64,000 nucleotides of DNA from Candidatus Aenigmatarchaeota archaeon (GTDB taxonomy: Archaea > Aenigmatarchaeota > Aenigmatarchaeia > Aenigmatarchaeales > Aenigmatarchaeaceae): NCBI GenBank assembly GCA_016933455.1, contig JAFGAZ010000004.1, forward strand, positions 9,116 through 73,115, written 5' to 3'. Each line of letters begins with the position of its first letter. Within the stretch, counting starts at the first letter, position 1. The notes under the pieces are model-generated. The model was not told the DNA's origin. It saw nothing but the letters and a program-made list of their open reading frames with translations, and searched no databases. Below, piece after piece: positions 9,162-18,967 of the stretch. Position numbers and translations under genes: made by a program.

Positions 9162-10064
9162 TCAGTAGTAGCGAATCTTTACAATTACTTGCGCATCGCT
9201 AAAGACCCAGTCAGGATCCGAGAAAAGTATTATACCGTATCCCTTCTTTGCCCTAAGCGTTGTGTTCACAACGCCTGTGTGCTTGAACTCCCTTTCGGAA
9301 TATATCGGATATCCCTGCATGAAAAGGTCGTATATGTCCGAGCTTTCGACAACATAAGCGTCGGTGTTGGCAGTGGAATTTATCTCAAGCATCACATTTG
9401 CATCGTACTCGAAATCAAGAGCAGGGTCGTAGATGTATAGGAACGTGCCGTACCTTTGCTTCAATGAAACAGAAAGCTCGGTTTCAAGCTTGACGAACTG
9501 TATTGTAAAGTAGCATATGCTCTTGTCGCAAAAAACACCCACTCCGGTGTCCGTGTATATCTCGTCGCGGTCAAGTATGGGAACTCGATGCGACGGGCTC
9601 TCTAGCCATCCTGCCACCACTGTTTGCGCCAAATCCTTTGCAGAGCTGCCTATCATTGCTATGTCCTCGCTTGCTGCCATGTAGAATATCTCGTTTTGCC
9701 TCAAGACATCAGAAAAGCCAATGCCGTCTGGGTTCTCGTGGTTAAAGTAATCCATATCAGACATCTCCTTGCTCTTGTTCTTTGCAATCGATGCTATCTT
9801 GTTGTTCCATTGCAGGCTCTTTATGTCGTACTGCGCCCTTTTCTCGTTCACAAGATTGAATATCTCCTTTTCTATCTCGCTTGCATTGTATTCGCTCTCT
9901 TCCGGATAAGCCACCGGCACAACTTCTTCTGTATTGTTTGTGATAACGCAGTCTATTCTCTGGTTGACTGTAGAGCCGTCCGGGCACACGTAAAGGTACT
10001 CGACCTGCTGCTCAACGCAGCCCGCGGCCAAAAGAACTAAAATTAGCAATAAGGCAGATTTCAT
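9162..10064 (-). CDS. CAP/SCP-domain lipoprotein
   Basis: Lipobox LAAGC; IFNLVNEKR, YFNH, WLESPSHR, TGVGV. Confidence 0.88.
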   Translation of the reverse strand: MKSALLLILVLLAAGCVEQQVEYLYVCPDGSTVNQRIDCVITNNTEEVVPVAYPEESEYNASEIEKEIFNLVNEKRAQYDIKSLQWNNKIASIAKNKSKEMSDMDYFNHENPDGIGFSDVLRQNEIFYMAASEDIAMIGSSAKDLAQTVVAGWLESPSHRVPILDRDEIYTDTGVGVFCDKSICYFTIQFVKLETELSVSLKQRYGTFLYIYDPALDFEYDANVMLEINSTANTDAYVVESSDIYDLFMQGYPIYSEREFKHTGVVNTTLRAKKGYGIILFSDPDWVFSDAQVIVKIRYY

Positions 10065-10106
10065 ACTAGAATTATGGATAATAACTGATTAATAATTCTT
10101 GACATG

Positions 10107-10412
10107 TCACAGTATTGCATAAACTATGCATCTTGTTTCAGGATTCTTCTTTGTCTTTATGCATGTCATTTGTTTTTCAGTATTTTCAAACTCTTCAGAT
10201 GATAGAGGGTTACCAACTTTGTTTATAACATTTTTCATTTGTTTTATAGGAGAAACCCTGTTCTTTTCTTTTCCAAAAAGTTCTCTTATGTGTTCATTTC
10301 CAACAAGATAGACGTTTGTTTTGCCGTTTTCCGTTAGTTCAACAGCCACGTCCAATTTTCTCGGGTCAAATGTAACATATGTCTCTTCTGGCTCGTATTT
10401 TTTCAGTAACAT
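10107..10412 (-). CDS. Hypothetical protein (orphan)
   Basis: 101 aa, TTTAAAT box upstream. Confidence 0.55.
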   Translation of the reverse strand: MLLKKYEPEETYVTFDPRKLDVAVELTENGKTNVYLVGNEHIRELFGKEKNRVSPIKQMKNVINKVGNPLSSEEFENTEKQMTCIKTKKNPETRCIVYAIL

Positions 10413-10478
10413 GGTTAGATTTTAGGATGTAAACAAATTTAAACGCATGTCAAAACAATAGAAAAAAATAAATTATGA

Positions 10479-11249
10479 TTATCTTTTGGCTTTTGGAACC
10501 TTTGCGGAAACGCCTGTTGCCAATGCCGGGCTATTAAGAGCCTCGCTTGGCGCGAAGATTATGGTGTTGCTCTGGTCCTGGCTGACATCCGAAATTGTCT
10601 GCAGCTGCCTTAGGGCGTAGCCGTACTTTGTCTTTTGCAGTTCCTCTGAAGCCTTGCTTAGCTTCTTTGCAGCTTCCATTTCTCCCTCGGCTGCGATTAT
10701 TACTCCCCTTTTCTCCCTTTCAGCCTCGGCCTGCCTTGCCATTATTCTCTTCATGTCAGCTGGCAGTTCGATATTTTGCAATTCGATGTTTTCTATGTCA
10801 ACGCCCCATTTCTCGACTTCCTTGTCAACAATTTCCTTTATGTTCTGGGCTATCTCGTCTCTTTTCTCCAAGACCTCGTCTAGGTCCCTTTTGCCTATTA
10901 TGTTTCTCAGGGTTGTCTGAGAGAACTGCCTTACAGCGTACTCATAGTTCCTTATGTTCACAACGCTTTTCATAGAGTCCCTGACCTTTGCCCACATGAC
11001 CGCATCAACGCTAACAGAGATGTTGTCTCTTGTTATTACTTCCTGCGACGGTATGTCGAGCGTGTTGGTTCTCATGTCCCTTTTGTAGGCGCTTTCCAGG
11101 AAAGGCATCTTGAAGAACATGCCGGCCTTTGTTGTCCTGACATATTTTCCAAGCCTTAGAATAACGCTTTCTTCCCACTGTCTGTTGAGCTTGACTGTGC
11201 TAAAGAAAATTACCAGCAGCACAAGACCTAATATTGTCCATATTATCAT
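10479..11249 (-). CDS. SPFH/band 7 (stomatin-like) membrane protein
   Basis: N-terminal TM; QEVITRDNISVSVDAV, QTTLRNIIG, RQAEAERE. Confidence 0.95.
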   Translation of the reverse strand: MIIWTILGLVLLVIFFSTVKLNRQWEESVILRLGKYVRTTKAGMFFKMPFLESAYKRDMRTNTLDIPSQEVITRDNISVSVDAVMWAKVRDSMKSVVNIRNYEYAVRQFSQTTLRNIIGKRDLDEVLEKRDEIAQNIKEIVDKEVEKWGVDIENIELQNIELPADMKRIMARQAEAEREKRGVIIAAEGEMEAAKKLSKASEELQKTKYGYALRQLQTISDVSQDQSNTIIFAPSEALNSPALATGVSAKVPKAKR

Positions 11250-11272
11250 AATATAATATTAGAATCTAGAAT

Positions 11273-13009
11273 TTAATCTTTGTCTTCCTTTTCAACCCAG
11301 GAGAATTTTCTTTGCAGAGTGGTTGAATAGTACTTTTTCCAGTCAAAGCCTGATTTTTTGAACCACTTGTAGTAGGCCCTGGGATCCACATAGCTTTTCA
11401 AAGAAGTGTTGAGATTATAGTCCTTTGTCTTTTCCTGCTCCTCTATCTGCAGCTCGGCCTTTCTTATGTTTTCCTTGTCCTTTTGCTTTCTTGCAGCAAA
11501 CATCTCGTTTAGCTTCTTGTCCCTTTCAACGTATTTTTTCTTAATATCCTTTATTCTCTTATTTAGAAGGCTGACAGATTTCCTGCACGCCTTTTGTTTT
11601 TTCTCGTTGCCTTCGCACTGCCCTAGCTTTTCCTTGGCTTCCGCAAGCTTTGCCTGATACTTTTTGCTCTGGAGCTCGAATTTTTTCTTGTTGTCTTCTA
11701 TCTTCTGCTTGTACTTTTTGATGTTTACCTTGGCCTTGGCTTTCTTTGCCTTTAGCCTTTCCTTTTTGTTTTCAAGTGACTTTTGCCAGCTTGCGGGTAT
11801 TGTTCTTTTGTGATTGCAAATCATGGCTGCCTGCAGGTTGGCAAGCTTTGCCACGTGCTTTTTGTAGTATTCCGATTTGTTTTCGTCAACAGGATTTTTA
11901 TCCAAATAGTCCCTGACAGCCTTTGTTGCGCTGCAGGTCCTGAAAACCTTTGAGGTAAGGCCCTCCATTGCCTGGCCCAGGAACTCGTTTACGTTCTCAG
12001 ACCTTATGCCGTCGAAAATCAGGTCGTCCTTTCCGCTCATGAACTCCTTTAGGTTGTTTATCACCTTGTCTGGGGCCTCTATTTCCTTGACCCATCTTAC
12101 AGAGTCCTTTCCAAGGAAATCGAACTTTACAACGTTTCCCTCTATCTTTATGTGGTTTTTTGCCAGTGTGGATGCGCCCACGGTCTCTGCCTCGTCTTCG
12201 TCCTTTTCGTCGCCAACACGCATGCACACCTTCTCTATCAGGTAGCAAACAGTTGCCACCTTTCTTGTCTTTTCGTCGTTAGAATCAAGATGCTCTTGTA
12301 TGTACTCTCTTATCTTGGGCCTGTTTTTGTCTAGTTCCTTTGCCTTGTCGAACTTTTTCATCTCCCTTTTCTGCTTCATCGGGGACGTGTCTGCTAGCCA
12401 TATGTACTTTTCCTTGCCCGTTAGCATGTCCTTCCACTTGGCAATCCACATGCATTCCGGCATCCATACTATTTCCTTCCAGTTTCCTTCAGGCCTTTTT
12501 GCGTTAGGCGACAAATTAAGGGTGATGTCGCTTTTCTTTGCCCCCTGCTTCCAGCTGCCCCTGAGCGGGTGCTTGCCCCTTCCCATGAATATGCCGCTAG
12601 GTTCTGCCATGTAGTTGCCCAGGGCAACCCTTTCCCCGTCTATCTCGGCAAAACCGTATAGCTCCTTGTTTTTCTCCCTTATCTCCTTTCTTTTGGCTGC
12701 AAGCTCTTTTTTCTCCTCGCTTGACATTTGCTCTCTTTTCTTTCTTTGCGCCTCAACATACTTTATTATCTCGGGGAATTCGAAATCATCGACATTGCCC
12801 TTTACGCCAAGGGCCCTTGAGAAATCGTTAAAGAAATTCTTTATGAAAACCTTGTCTTCAACATAAGGGGTTCCGAGCTTTCTTACCCAGGCAATTGCCA
12901 TCTCCTCTTGCTCCGGGCTTAGCTTGATTTCTTTTCCCTTGAACTTTACAAAAAAGCCTCTTGGCTTGTATTCAGGTATTATTATGCCGTTGTGGCTTAG
13001 AGATTTCAT
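11273..13009 (-). CDS. top1: DNA topoisomerase IB, eukaryote-like long form
   Basis: HNG, EPSGIFMGRGKHP, RVGDEKD, GKDS, KVFRT, CNHKR, coiled-coil linker, TSLKSYVDPR (catalytic Tyr). Confidence 0.95.
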   Translation of the reverse strand: MKSLSHNGIIIPEYKPRGFFVKFKGKEIKLSPEQEEMAIAWVRKLGTPYVEDKVFIKNFFNDFSRALGVKGNVDDFEFPEIIKYVEAQRKKREQMSSEEKKELAAKRKEIREKNKELYGFAEIDGERVALGNYMAEPSGIFMGRGKHPLRGSWKQGAKKSDITLNLSPNAKRPEGNWKEIVWMPECMWIAKWKDMLTGKEKYIWLADTSPMKQKREMKKFDKAKELDKNRPKIREYIQEHLDSNDEKTRKVATVCYLIEKVCMRVGDEKDEDEAETVGASTLAKNHIKIEGNVVKFDFLGKDSVRWVKEIEAPDKVINNLKEFMSGKDDLIFDGIRSENVNEFLGQAMEGLTSKVFRTCSATKAVRDYLDKNPVDENKSEYYKKHVAKLANLQAAMICNHKRTIPASWQKSLENKKERLKAKKAKAKVNIKKYKQKIEDNKKKFELQSKKYQAKLAEAKEKLGQCEGNEKKQKACRKSVSLLNKRIKDIKKKYVERDKKLNEMFAARKQKDKENIRKAELQIEEQEKTKDYNLNTSLKSYVDPRAYYKWFKKSGFDWKKYYSTTLQRKFSWVEKEDKD

Positions 13010-13083
13010 GAAATCACAGATATAACATATTTGGAATTACAATATAAAACCTATTCTGATTAGGAATTTTTAGCTCTTAAAAT

Positions 13084-13332
13084 TTATAAATTGTTTTTAC
13101 AGAAATTTAGCATTTTGCAATTTGAAATATTGCTTCTACAGTAAGACGGGCCAATACATGAACCTGGCACATCATGTCCATACCTCTTGCTTATCACAGG
13201 GCATGAAGTCTTTAGCCTCAAATTCTCAATCTTGTCATCGTATACCTGTCTGTTTTTGTTGAAATCATTGTCGTAGGATATATTAAGAGAAGTTAGAGTT
13301 TCTTTTCTTGCTTTCTGAAGTTGCTGAGTCAT
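13084..13332 (-). CDS. Small Cys-rich hypothetical protein (orphan)
   Basis: C-terminal C..C..C..C..C cluster. Confidence 0.5.
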   Translation of the reverse strand: MTQQLQKARKETLTSLNISYDNDFNKNRQVYDDKIENLRLKTSCPVISKRYGHDVPGSCIGPSYCRSNISNCKMLNFCKNNL

Positions 13333-13374
13333 CCTAAATTATTTGGTATGTTAGCTATTTTAAAATTTCTAAAA

Positions 13375-14094
13375 TTAGTTTTTTTCAGACAGCAAAATAG
13401 AACTATTGGCAAGGGCTATGTAATCGTCCATTGTTTTGGTGTTTCTGGTTAAAGTTATGGGGAGCTGCTTTTCTTTCATTATTTTTCTTAAATGTTCTTC
13501 CAAAAAACTCATGTCCTTTAGTTTTAGATTACATCCTGAAAACACAAGCTGCATGTTCGATACAGCGTTTATCTTATCGTCCTCTGGATAGTGTATGAAG
13601 CTTTTAGGATTGTTTTCCGACACAGAGCCCACTGCAAAGACGTCCACGTTTCTGTCGTCATATCGTTCCAATATCATGTCAGATAATTCTTGGGCTATCG
13701 GCATTAATTTTGGCAATATATCTTTCTTTTTCTTGGCTTCATGACTTATCCTTTCCTCGATTTTTTCTATGTTATCTGATACGATGAATGTGTGAGGAAA
13801 CCTTACCTTTTTTCCTATGCGTCTTGAGATTAATTCGCCATTTTTCTCCATCTTGTAAATCGTGGGAGCAAGTTCCTTGCAGAAAATTTCAGTTAATTTA
13901 ATTGCTTCATACTCCTTATTGTCAAAGAAATTGTTAATTTTGTAGGTGCTTTCTTTTCTTAATACCGTGTTTACTGCCTGGCTGACAAAGTATGGCGGCA
14001 GAAATGTAAGTTCTGCCAAAACCTCTCCTGGTGTCATAGCTTCATATGAATTTTCTACAAAATCCAGTATCGCTTCTTTGGAAACTGTGCTCAT
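13375..14094 (-). CDS. Hypothetical protein: wHTH-like N-terminus plus degenerate nucleotidyltransferase-like C-terminus
   Basis: KMEKNGELISRR wing; VFAVGSV...SNMQLV where GS...SDxDL is expected. Confidence 0.5.
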   Translation of the reverse strand: MSTVSKEAILDFVENSYEAMTPGEVLAELTFLPPYFVSQAVNTVLRKESTYKINNFFDNKEYEAIKLTEIFCKELAPTIYKMEKNGELISRRIGKKVRFPHTFIVSDNIEKIEERISHEAKKKKDILPKLMPIAQELSDMILERYDDRNVDVFAVGSVSENNPKSFIHYPEDDKINAVSNMQLVFSGCNLKLKDMSFLEEHLRKIMKEKQLPITLTRNTKTMDDYIALANSSILLSEKN

Positions 14095-14171
14095 AGCAAT
14101 AATGAAACACAAAATAATTTAAATCCTCTAATGCGTCAGAGTTAAAAAATTCAGAATGTGAATATATCTAT

Positions 14172-14807
14172 ATGAGAATCGATTCCGACGGCAACTCGTG
14201 GATTGCCATTTCTGAGTTCCATCAGCAGTCCTACTGCGAGGTGCAGCTAAAGTACAAGTGGCAGGGGATAAGAAAGGAAACGCCTGCCATGAAGAAGGGA
14301 AGCGAGGTGCACCAGAAAAAGTTCGAGGAATTCGAGGAAAAGACCAAAGAGCTTGAGCAGGTGGGCATAAGCAATGCCATAAAGCTTGCCATGGAAAAGG
14401 ACGAGAGGTTCTCGGGAAGGGAAATTTTCATAATGTCCCCGACTTTTAGGATTTTTGGCGTAATAGACTTTTTGGAGATAAGCTCTGGCGGCATAATAGT
14501 TGCCGACGACAAGCCGGGAGACCATTCATACCTCTCAGACAAGTCACAGATAATAGCGTATGCCATGGCCTTCAAGGACCAGTACAGGCCGCCTCTTGAC
14601 ATCTTCATGAGAATACAAAACAGGGAAAGCGGGGACATAACCTGGGAGGATGTTTTGTCCCAGGAGTGGGTGGAGTTTCTCTTGGAAAAAATAGAGCGCT
14701 TGCACGACCTTGCAACAGGAAAAAGGGATTTCGAGCCGACAAAGAATCCCAAGAAATGCGCAGCATGCTCCTACAGGGACATATGCGACAAGAAAGTAGG
14801 GGGCTAG
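14172..14807 (+). CDS. Solo Cas4-like PD-(D/E)xK nuclease with Fe-S cysteines
   Basis: YCE...G..VH, GVID, DDK, QxxAYA, CxxCxxxxxC; no CRISPR array nearby. Confidence 0.85.
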   Translation: MRIDSDGNSWIAISEFHQQSYCEVQLKYKWQGIRKETPAMKKGSEVHQKKFEEFEEKTKELEQVGISNAIKLAMEKDERFSGREIFIMSPTFRIFGVIDFLEISSGGIIVADDKPGDHSYLSDKSQIIAYAMAFKDQYRPPLDIFMRIQNRESGDITWEDVLSQEWVEFLLEKIERLHDLATGKRDFEPTKNPKKCAACSYRDICDKKVGG

Positions 14808-15034
14808 TAAGACGGAAATTGAAAGTTCACCTTGAACTTGTCATCTTTGCTTTTTTCTATCTTATAACCGCCTAGATTGGGGTTTTTTCTTTTTGCCTGT
14901 CTTTCGAAATCTTTGTTGCTCATTAAAACAGACCACTGGTATTCTGTTACTTCAACGGATTCCACACCCTTTGTTCTGTTTTTGCTTATAGCATCGTCTA
15001 TTTCTCTAAAGACATTTTCGAAATCGTCTTTCAT
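14804..15034 (-). CDS. Hypothetical protein (orphan)
   Basis: Start MKDD 24 nt from TTTAAA; CTAG stop shared with the cas4-like gene. Confidence 0.5.
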   Translation of the reverse strand: MKDDFENVFREIDDAISKNRTKGVESVEVTEYQWSVLMSNKDFERQAKRKNPNLGGYKIEKSKDDKFKVNFQFPSY

Positions 15035-15073
15035 AAACATCTTTGTACAAAAAATAATTTAAACTTGAAAATA

Positions 15074-15529
15074 TCAGTTCAGAACCCATACAAAATAGTT
15101 TAGCAATGTGGCTATTGTCACCCATACTATGTACGGAATGAGTATAACTCCTGCTCTTTTGTCTATCATGTAGAACTTTACAATAGTCAGAAGAATTAGT
15201 ATCCACATGGGTATTATCGAAATTAGACCATACAGTGGAGACTTTAGACCAAAGAACAAAATTGACCATAAAGTATTGATCAAAAGCTGAGCAGAGAAAA
15301 ATGATATTGATAGCTTATCCTTCTTGTCCCATACGAGATACAGTGATATTCCCATCAGCGTGTAGAGCGTTATCCAGACAGGGCCGAAAACAAAGTTGGG
15401 TGGTGTGAACCATGGCTTTTCCAAGGTCGCATACCACGTTGTTATTGAGGATGTGGTGAAAACAGAACCTATTATGCCTGCCATCTGGCATAAGAAAATA
15501 AACATGAAGAGTTTTATCCACTTGTTCAT
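15074..15529 (-). CDS. tspO: TspO/MBR tryptophan-rich sensory protein
   Basis: WYATLEKPWFTPPNFVFGPVW..LY, LIPYIVWVTIA. Confidence 0.95.
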   Translation of the reverse strand: MNKWIKLFMFIFLCQMAGIIGSVFTTSSITTWYATLEKPWFTPPNFVFGPVWITLYTLMGISLYLVWDKKDKLSISFFSAQLLINTLWSILFFGLKSPLYGLISIIPMWILILLTIVKFYMIDKRAGVILIPYIVWVTIATLLNYFVWVLN

Positions 15530-15589
15530 GCATATAATTTTCTTAACAGGTAAATAAGCTTTATTTAGTTCCGCTCATTAGTAATTCAC

Positions 15590-16579
15590 ATGCCGGAAAG
15601 GTCCATAATAAAGGTCATCAACCTAAAGAAGCACTACAAGGATGTCAAGGCAGTTGATGGCGTTTCTTTCGATGTAAAGAAGGGTGAGATATTCGGATTT
15701 TTAGGTCCAAACGGCGCCGGCAAGACCACCACCATAAAGATGCTAGTAACGCTTCTAAGACCAACGTCAGGTACCGCGAAGATAGTTGGAAAGGATATTC
15801 AAAGGAATTCGGATGATGTTAGAAACAACATCGGCATAGTGTTCCAAGAGCCTGCTTTGGATGAGAAGCTTACTGGCCGCGAGAACCTCGACTTTCATGC
15901 CAGGATGTATGGGATGAAAAAGGAGCAGAGGCAAAAAAGGATAAAGGAAGTGATAAAGCTAGTTGACCTTGAGGAGAAGGCAAACGTCTTGGTCAAGAAA
16001 TATTCCGGCGGAATGAAGAGACGTCTTGAGATTGCAAGAGGGCTTATGCACTTTCCAAAGGTGCTTTTCCTCGACGAGCCGACAATAGGCCTTGACCCCC
16101 AAACAAGAAGGTCTATTTGGAAATACATAAAGACCCTAAACGAGAGGGAGAAAATAACAATATTTCTTACAACGCATTACATGGAGGAGGCGGATTATCT
16201 TTGCAACAGGGTTGCAATAATAGACCAAGGCAAGATACTTGTCTCGGGAATTCCTTCCAAGCTAAAGGCCAAGATAGGAAAGGATGTCATAAACGTGGAA
16301 TGCACAAATGCGGATGTTTTCTATTCGGCTTTCAAGAAATTCAGGTGGGTTGATACGATAAAGCTTCATGATTCGACTGTAACAATTGGTGCCAAGAACA
16401 TAGAAAAGAGGCTGCCGCAGATAATAAAGTTTGCCGAGAAAAACAAGGTAAAGGTAAATTCAATCGACATAAGAAAGCCGACTCTCGAGGATATTTTCAT
16501 ATACTATACGGGAAGGAAAATGAGAGACGGTGAGGGAAACAATTCTCCCACGATAAGGGGCAGGTTCATGCATAGATGA
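15590..16579 (+). CDS. ABC exporter ATP-binding subunit (DrrA-like)
   Basis: GPNGAGKTT, YSGGM, LDEPT, TTHYMEEA. Confidence 0.95.
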   Translation: MPERSIIKVINLKKHYKDVKAVDGVSFDVKKGEIFGFLGPNGAGKTTTIKMLVTLLRPTSGTAKIVGKDIQRNSDDVRNNIGIVFQEPALDEKLTGRENLDFHARMYGMKKEQRQKRIKEVIKLVDLEEKANVLVKKYSGGMKRRLEIARGLMHFPKVLFLDEPTIGLDPQTRRSIWKYIKTLNEREKITIFLTTHYMEEADYLCNRVAIIDQGKILVSGIPSKLKAKIGKDVINVECTNADVFYSAFKKFRWVDTIKLHDSTVTIGAKNIEKRLPQIIKFAEKNKVKVNSIDIRKPTLEDIFIYYTGRKMRDGEGNNSPTIRGRFMHR

Positions 16580-17352
16580 TTTTTATGAAAGGACTAAACT
16601 ATCAGGCAATATATGTGATATGGCTAAGACAGCTAAAGAGATTTTCAAGAGACAAAGGAAGGCTAATTTCTAACTTTATACAGCCGTTCTTCTTTTTGTC
16701 GGTTCTGGGATTCGGGCTCGGGTCCGCGTCCTTTGAGGGAATACCGTCTGGTATAGAATACATAGACGTCCTGACTCCTGGAATAATAATGATGTCTATA
16801 ATATTCCCCTCAGTTTTTATCGGTCTTTCTATACTTTGGGACAGACAGTTCGGATTTTTGCAGGAAGTTCTTGTTGCACCTGTTAGCAGAATGTCAATTG
16901 TTATAGGAACGACTTTGGGAGGTTCCACCATAGCCCTGATACAAGGTTTTATCGTTCTTTTCATAGCATCGCTTCTCGGAGTTTCCATAAGCTTATCTCC
17001 CATGCTATTACTTGGGATACTTGTTATGGTTCTGACATCTTTTGTTGCGATAGGAATAGGACTGGTCTTGGCATCCAAGATGCAAAGCATAGAGGGATTC
17101 CAGTTCATAGTTTCCCTTCTTGTGATGCCCATGATATTTCTTGCATCGCCATTCGCTCCTTTGGATTCCTTGCCAGAAATTCTAAGGACAGTTGCCCTTT
17201 TTGACCCGATAACATACGGGATAGACGGCCTTAGGGGGGCAATGATAGGATTTTCCTACTTTCCGCTTTATGTTAACATAGGTGTTCTTTTGACTCTGTC
17301 GATTGCAATGATGTTTATCGGCAGCTATCTTTTCAGCAAAAGCGAGGCCTAG
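16576..17352 (+). CDS. ABC-2 type permease
   Basis: Six TM segments, DRQFGFLQEVLVAPVSR, P.TYGIDGLR. Confidence 0.93.
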   Translation: MIFMKGLNYQAIYVIWLRQLKRFSRDKGRLISNFIQPFFFLSVLGFGLGSASFEGIPSGIEYIDVLTPGIIMMSIIFPSVFIGLSILWDRQFGFLQEVLVAPVSRMSIVIGTTLGGSTIALIQGFIVLFIASLLGVSISLSPMLLLGILVMVLTSFVAIGIGLVLASKMQSIEGFQFIVSLLVMPMIFLASPFAPLDSLPEILRTVALFDPITYGIDGLRGAMIGFSYFPLYVNIGVLLTLSIAMMFIGSYLFSKSEA

Positions 17353-17546
17353 AAAGCGTCATAGTTTCTCTTTTTGGATAGAAGAATCACTACGATAAAG
17401 AATGATACTGCAAGTATGAAAAGACCGACTTCAAGCTCTATTGGCGAAGGCGTGATGAAATTTCCTGTGCTTGAAGGTTCTATGCTAACAAGGGTTAGGA
17501 GAAATATCGCTATGAAGAATGCTATTGTGATGTTTGCCAGTTTCAT
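17349..17546 (-). CDS. Small two-TM protein with TGNFI motif
   Basis: TM-STGNFIT-TM-basic tail. Confidence 0.6.
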   Translation of the reverse strand: MKLANITIAFFIAIFLLTLVSIEPSSTGNFITPSPIELEVGLFILAVSFFIVVILLSKKRNYDAF

Positions 17547-17568
17547 GAGAATAGTTTGTTTTAAAGGC

Positions 17569-18024
17569 TTAAATTTGGGATTTACCCCTAGTCGAAACTT
17601 TCAATTCTCTTGAGATTATATCCTTAAAATCACAAAAACACTCTTTTGGTAACGTGCCATTCTCTACCTTTTTACTGAGTTCTTCCAAAGAATCCTCATC
17701 TCTTTTAGCCTGCCCTTTTGCAAAAACCTTTGAAAAATACCTATTTGCAGAATCAATCTTTTCTAGACTGTATATTCCAAAACCGTTGTTTTCGTCTATT
17801 TTTTTTGAAATCAAGTCTTGCAATCCAAGTTTTCCTAGTATTTCTTCAGCCTTTGTTTTTTCTGACTCATTCAAACATAATATATATCCGAATTTATGAA
17901 GTGTTACGCTTTGACCATTGGCAGAATATTCTAAAGGTGTGTAATTATTTGTTGAATATGTGGTTTCTTTTTCCTCTTTTTTTAGTGGATTTTTTGGTTT
18001 TATCAATAAAGTTCCCTGTTTCAT
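17569..18024 (-). CDS. Hypothetical protein (orphan)
   Basis: 151 aa AT-rich ORF. Confidence 0.55.
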   Translation of the reverse strand: MKQGTLLIKPKNPLKKEEKETTYSTNNYTPLEYSANGQSVTLHKFGYILCLNESEKTKAEEILGKLGLQDLISKKIDENNGFGIYSLEKIDSANRYFSKVFAKGQAKRDEDSLEELSKKVENGTLPKECFCDFKDIISRELKVSTRGKSQI

Positions 18025-18070
18025 CTTCTATACTTGTCATTCCTGAAATAAATAATTAACACATGATTTT

Positions 18071-18640
18071 TCATTTTTTCGAGACAAAAACACTGTCCTT
18101 TACATAGAACCTGTAAGGCAAGTTAGCGCCAGTCTTTATTCCTATTCTTGTTGTTGTATGAATTCTTGGTTTTGTTTTAGAATCTTCAATGAACAATTCA
18201 CCTTTTGTAACGTCAATACCATTGTGCTTTTTACCCACCATCATGGCCTGCGTCAATTTTCCCGGGCCGTTTGTTAGAATCCTGATATCTTTCTTGTTTC
18301 TGTTCTTCTTCATAATCTCAATTCCCTTAATGGGCTCAAGAGCTCTCAAAAGAACAGTGCCCGCAACACCTTCCTTTTCAGTTACCACGTTCATTAGCCA
18401 GTGGTTCCCGTAGGTAAAGTAGACGTATGCAAAACCCGGCATTCCAAACATTATCTTATTTCTTGGTGTTATCTTCCTGAACGCATGAGAGCCCGGATCT
18501 TTGTCACCAAGATACGCTTCGGTTTCAACTATCCTTCCCTTCAAAACGCCGAATTTTGTCTTGTGAACCAATACCTTGCCCAAAAGCCCCTTTGCAACTT
18601 TCAAAGTGCTCCTTGAATAGAAATTCCTGCAAAGCCTCAT
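18071..18640 (-). CDS. mpg: DNA-3-methyladenine glycosylase (MPG/AAG family)
   Basis: GRIVETEAY, YVYFTYG, VLLRALEP, NGPGKL, RIGI. Confidence 0.95.
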   Translation of the reverse strand: MRLCRNFYSRSTLKVAKGLLGKVLVHKTKFGVLKGRIVETEAYLGDKDPGSHAFRKITPRNKIMFGMPGFAYVYFTYGNHWLMNVVTEKEGVAGTVLLRALEPIKGIEIMKKNRNKKDIRILTNGPGKLTQAMMVGKKHNGIDVTKGELFIEDSKTKPRIHTTTRIGIKTGANLPYRFYVKDSVFVSKK

Positions 18641-18706
18641 GCAGAATATTTGCTTTGAATAATTAAAAAATATAGAAAAAGATGCTTGCTAAAAACAAGA
18701 ACTGCT

Positions 18707-18967
18707 CTACCACTTGTGGTTTGGGTTTCTGGGTATAACAAGCCATGCAAGCAAGTAAAGAATGACACCTGTTCCCCAAACTAGGGAAGAAAGCGCCCAT
18801 AAGAGCCTGATTATTGTCGGGTCAACGTTCAAGTACTCTGCCAAACCTCCGCAGACTCCGCCGAGATACTTGTCCTTGCCAGACCTGTACAGCTTCTTTA
18901 CTGAACTTTTGGATGTTCTTGCTTTAGATTTTGTTTTCTTTGCGCTAGATTTTCTTTTTGCTGCCAT
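18707..18967 (-). CDS. pspC: PspC domain protein
   Basis: KLYRS..DKYLGGVCGGLAEY...DPTIIR...Y..AWLVIP. Confidence 0.92.
   Translation of the reverse strand: MAAKRKSSAKKTKSKARTSKSSVKKLYRSGKDKYLGGVCGGLAEYLNVDPTIIRLLWALSSLVWGTGVILYLLAWLVIPRNPNHKW

Noticed and set aside
14172..14807. CRISPR-Cas locus suggested by the Cas4-like gene
   Set aside because: No repeat-spacer array or other cas genes are seen in the window
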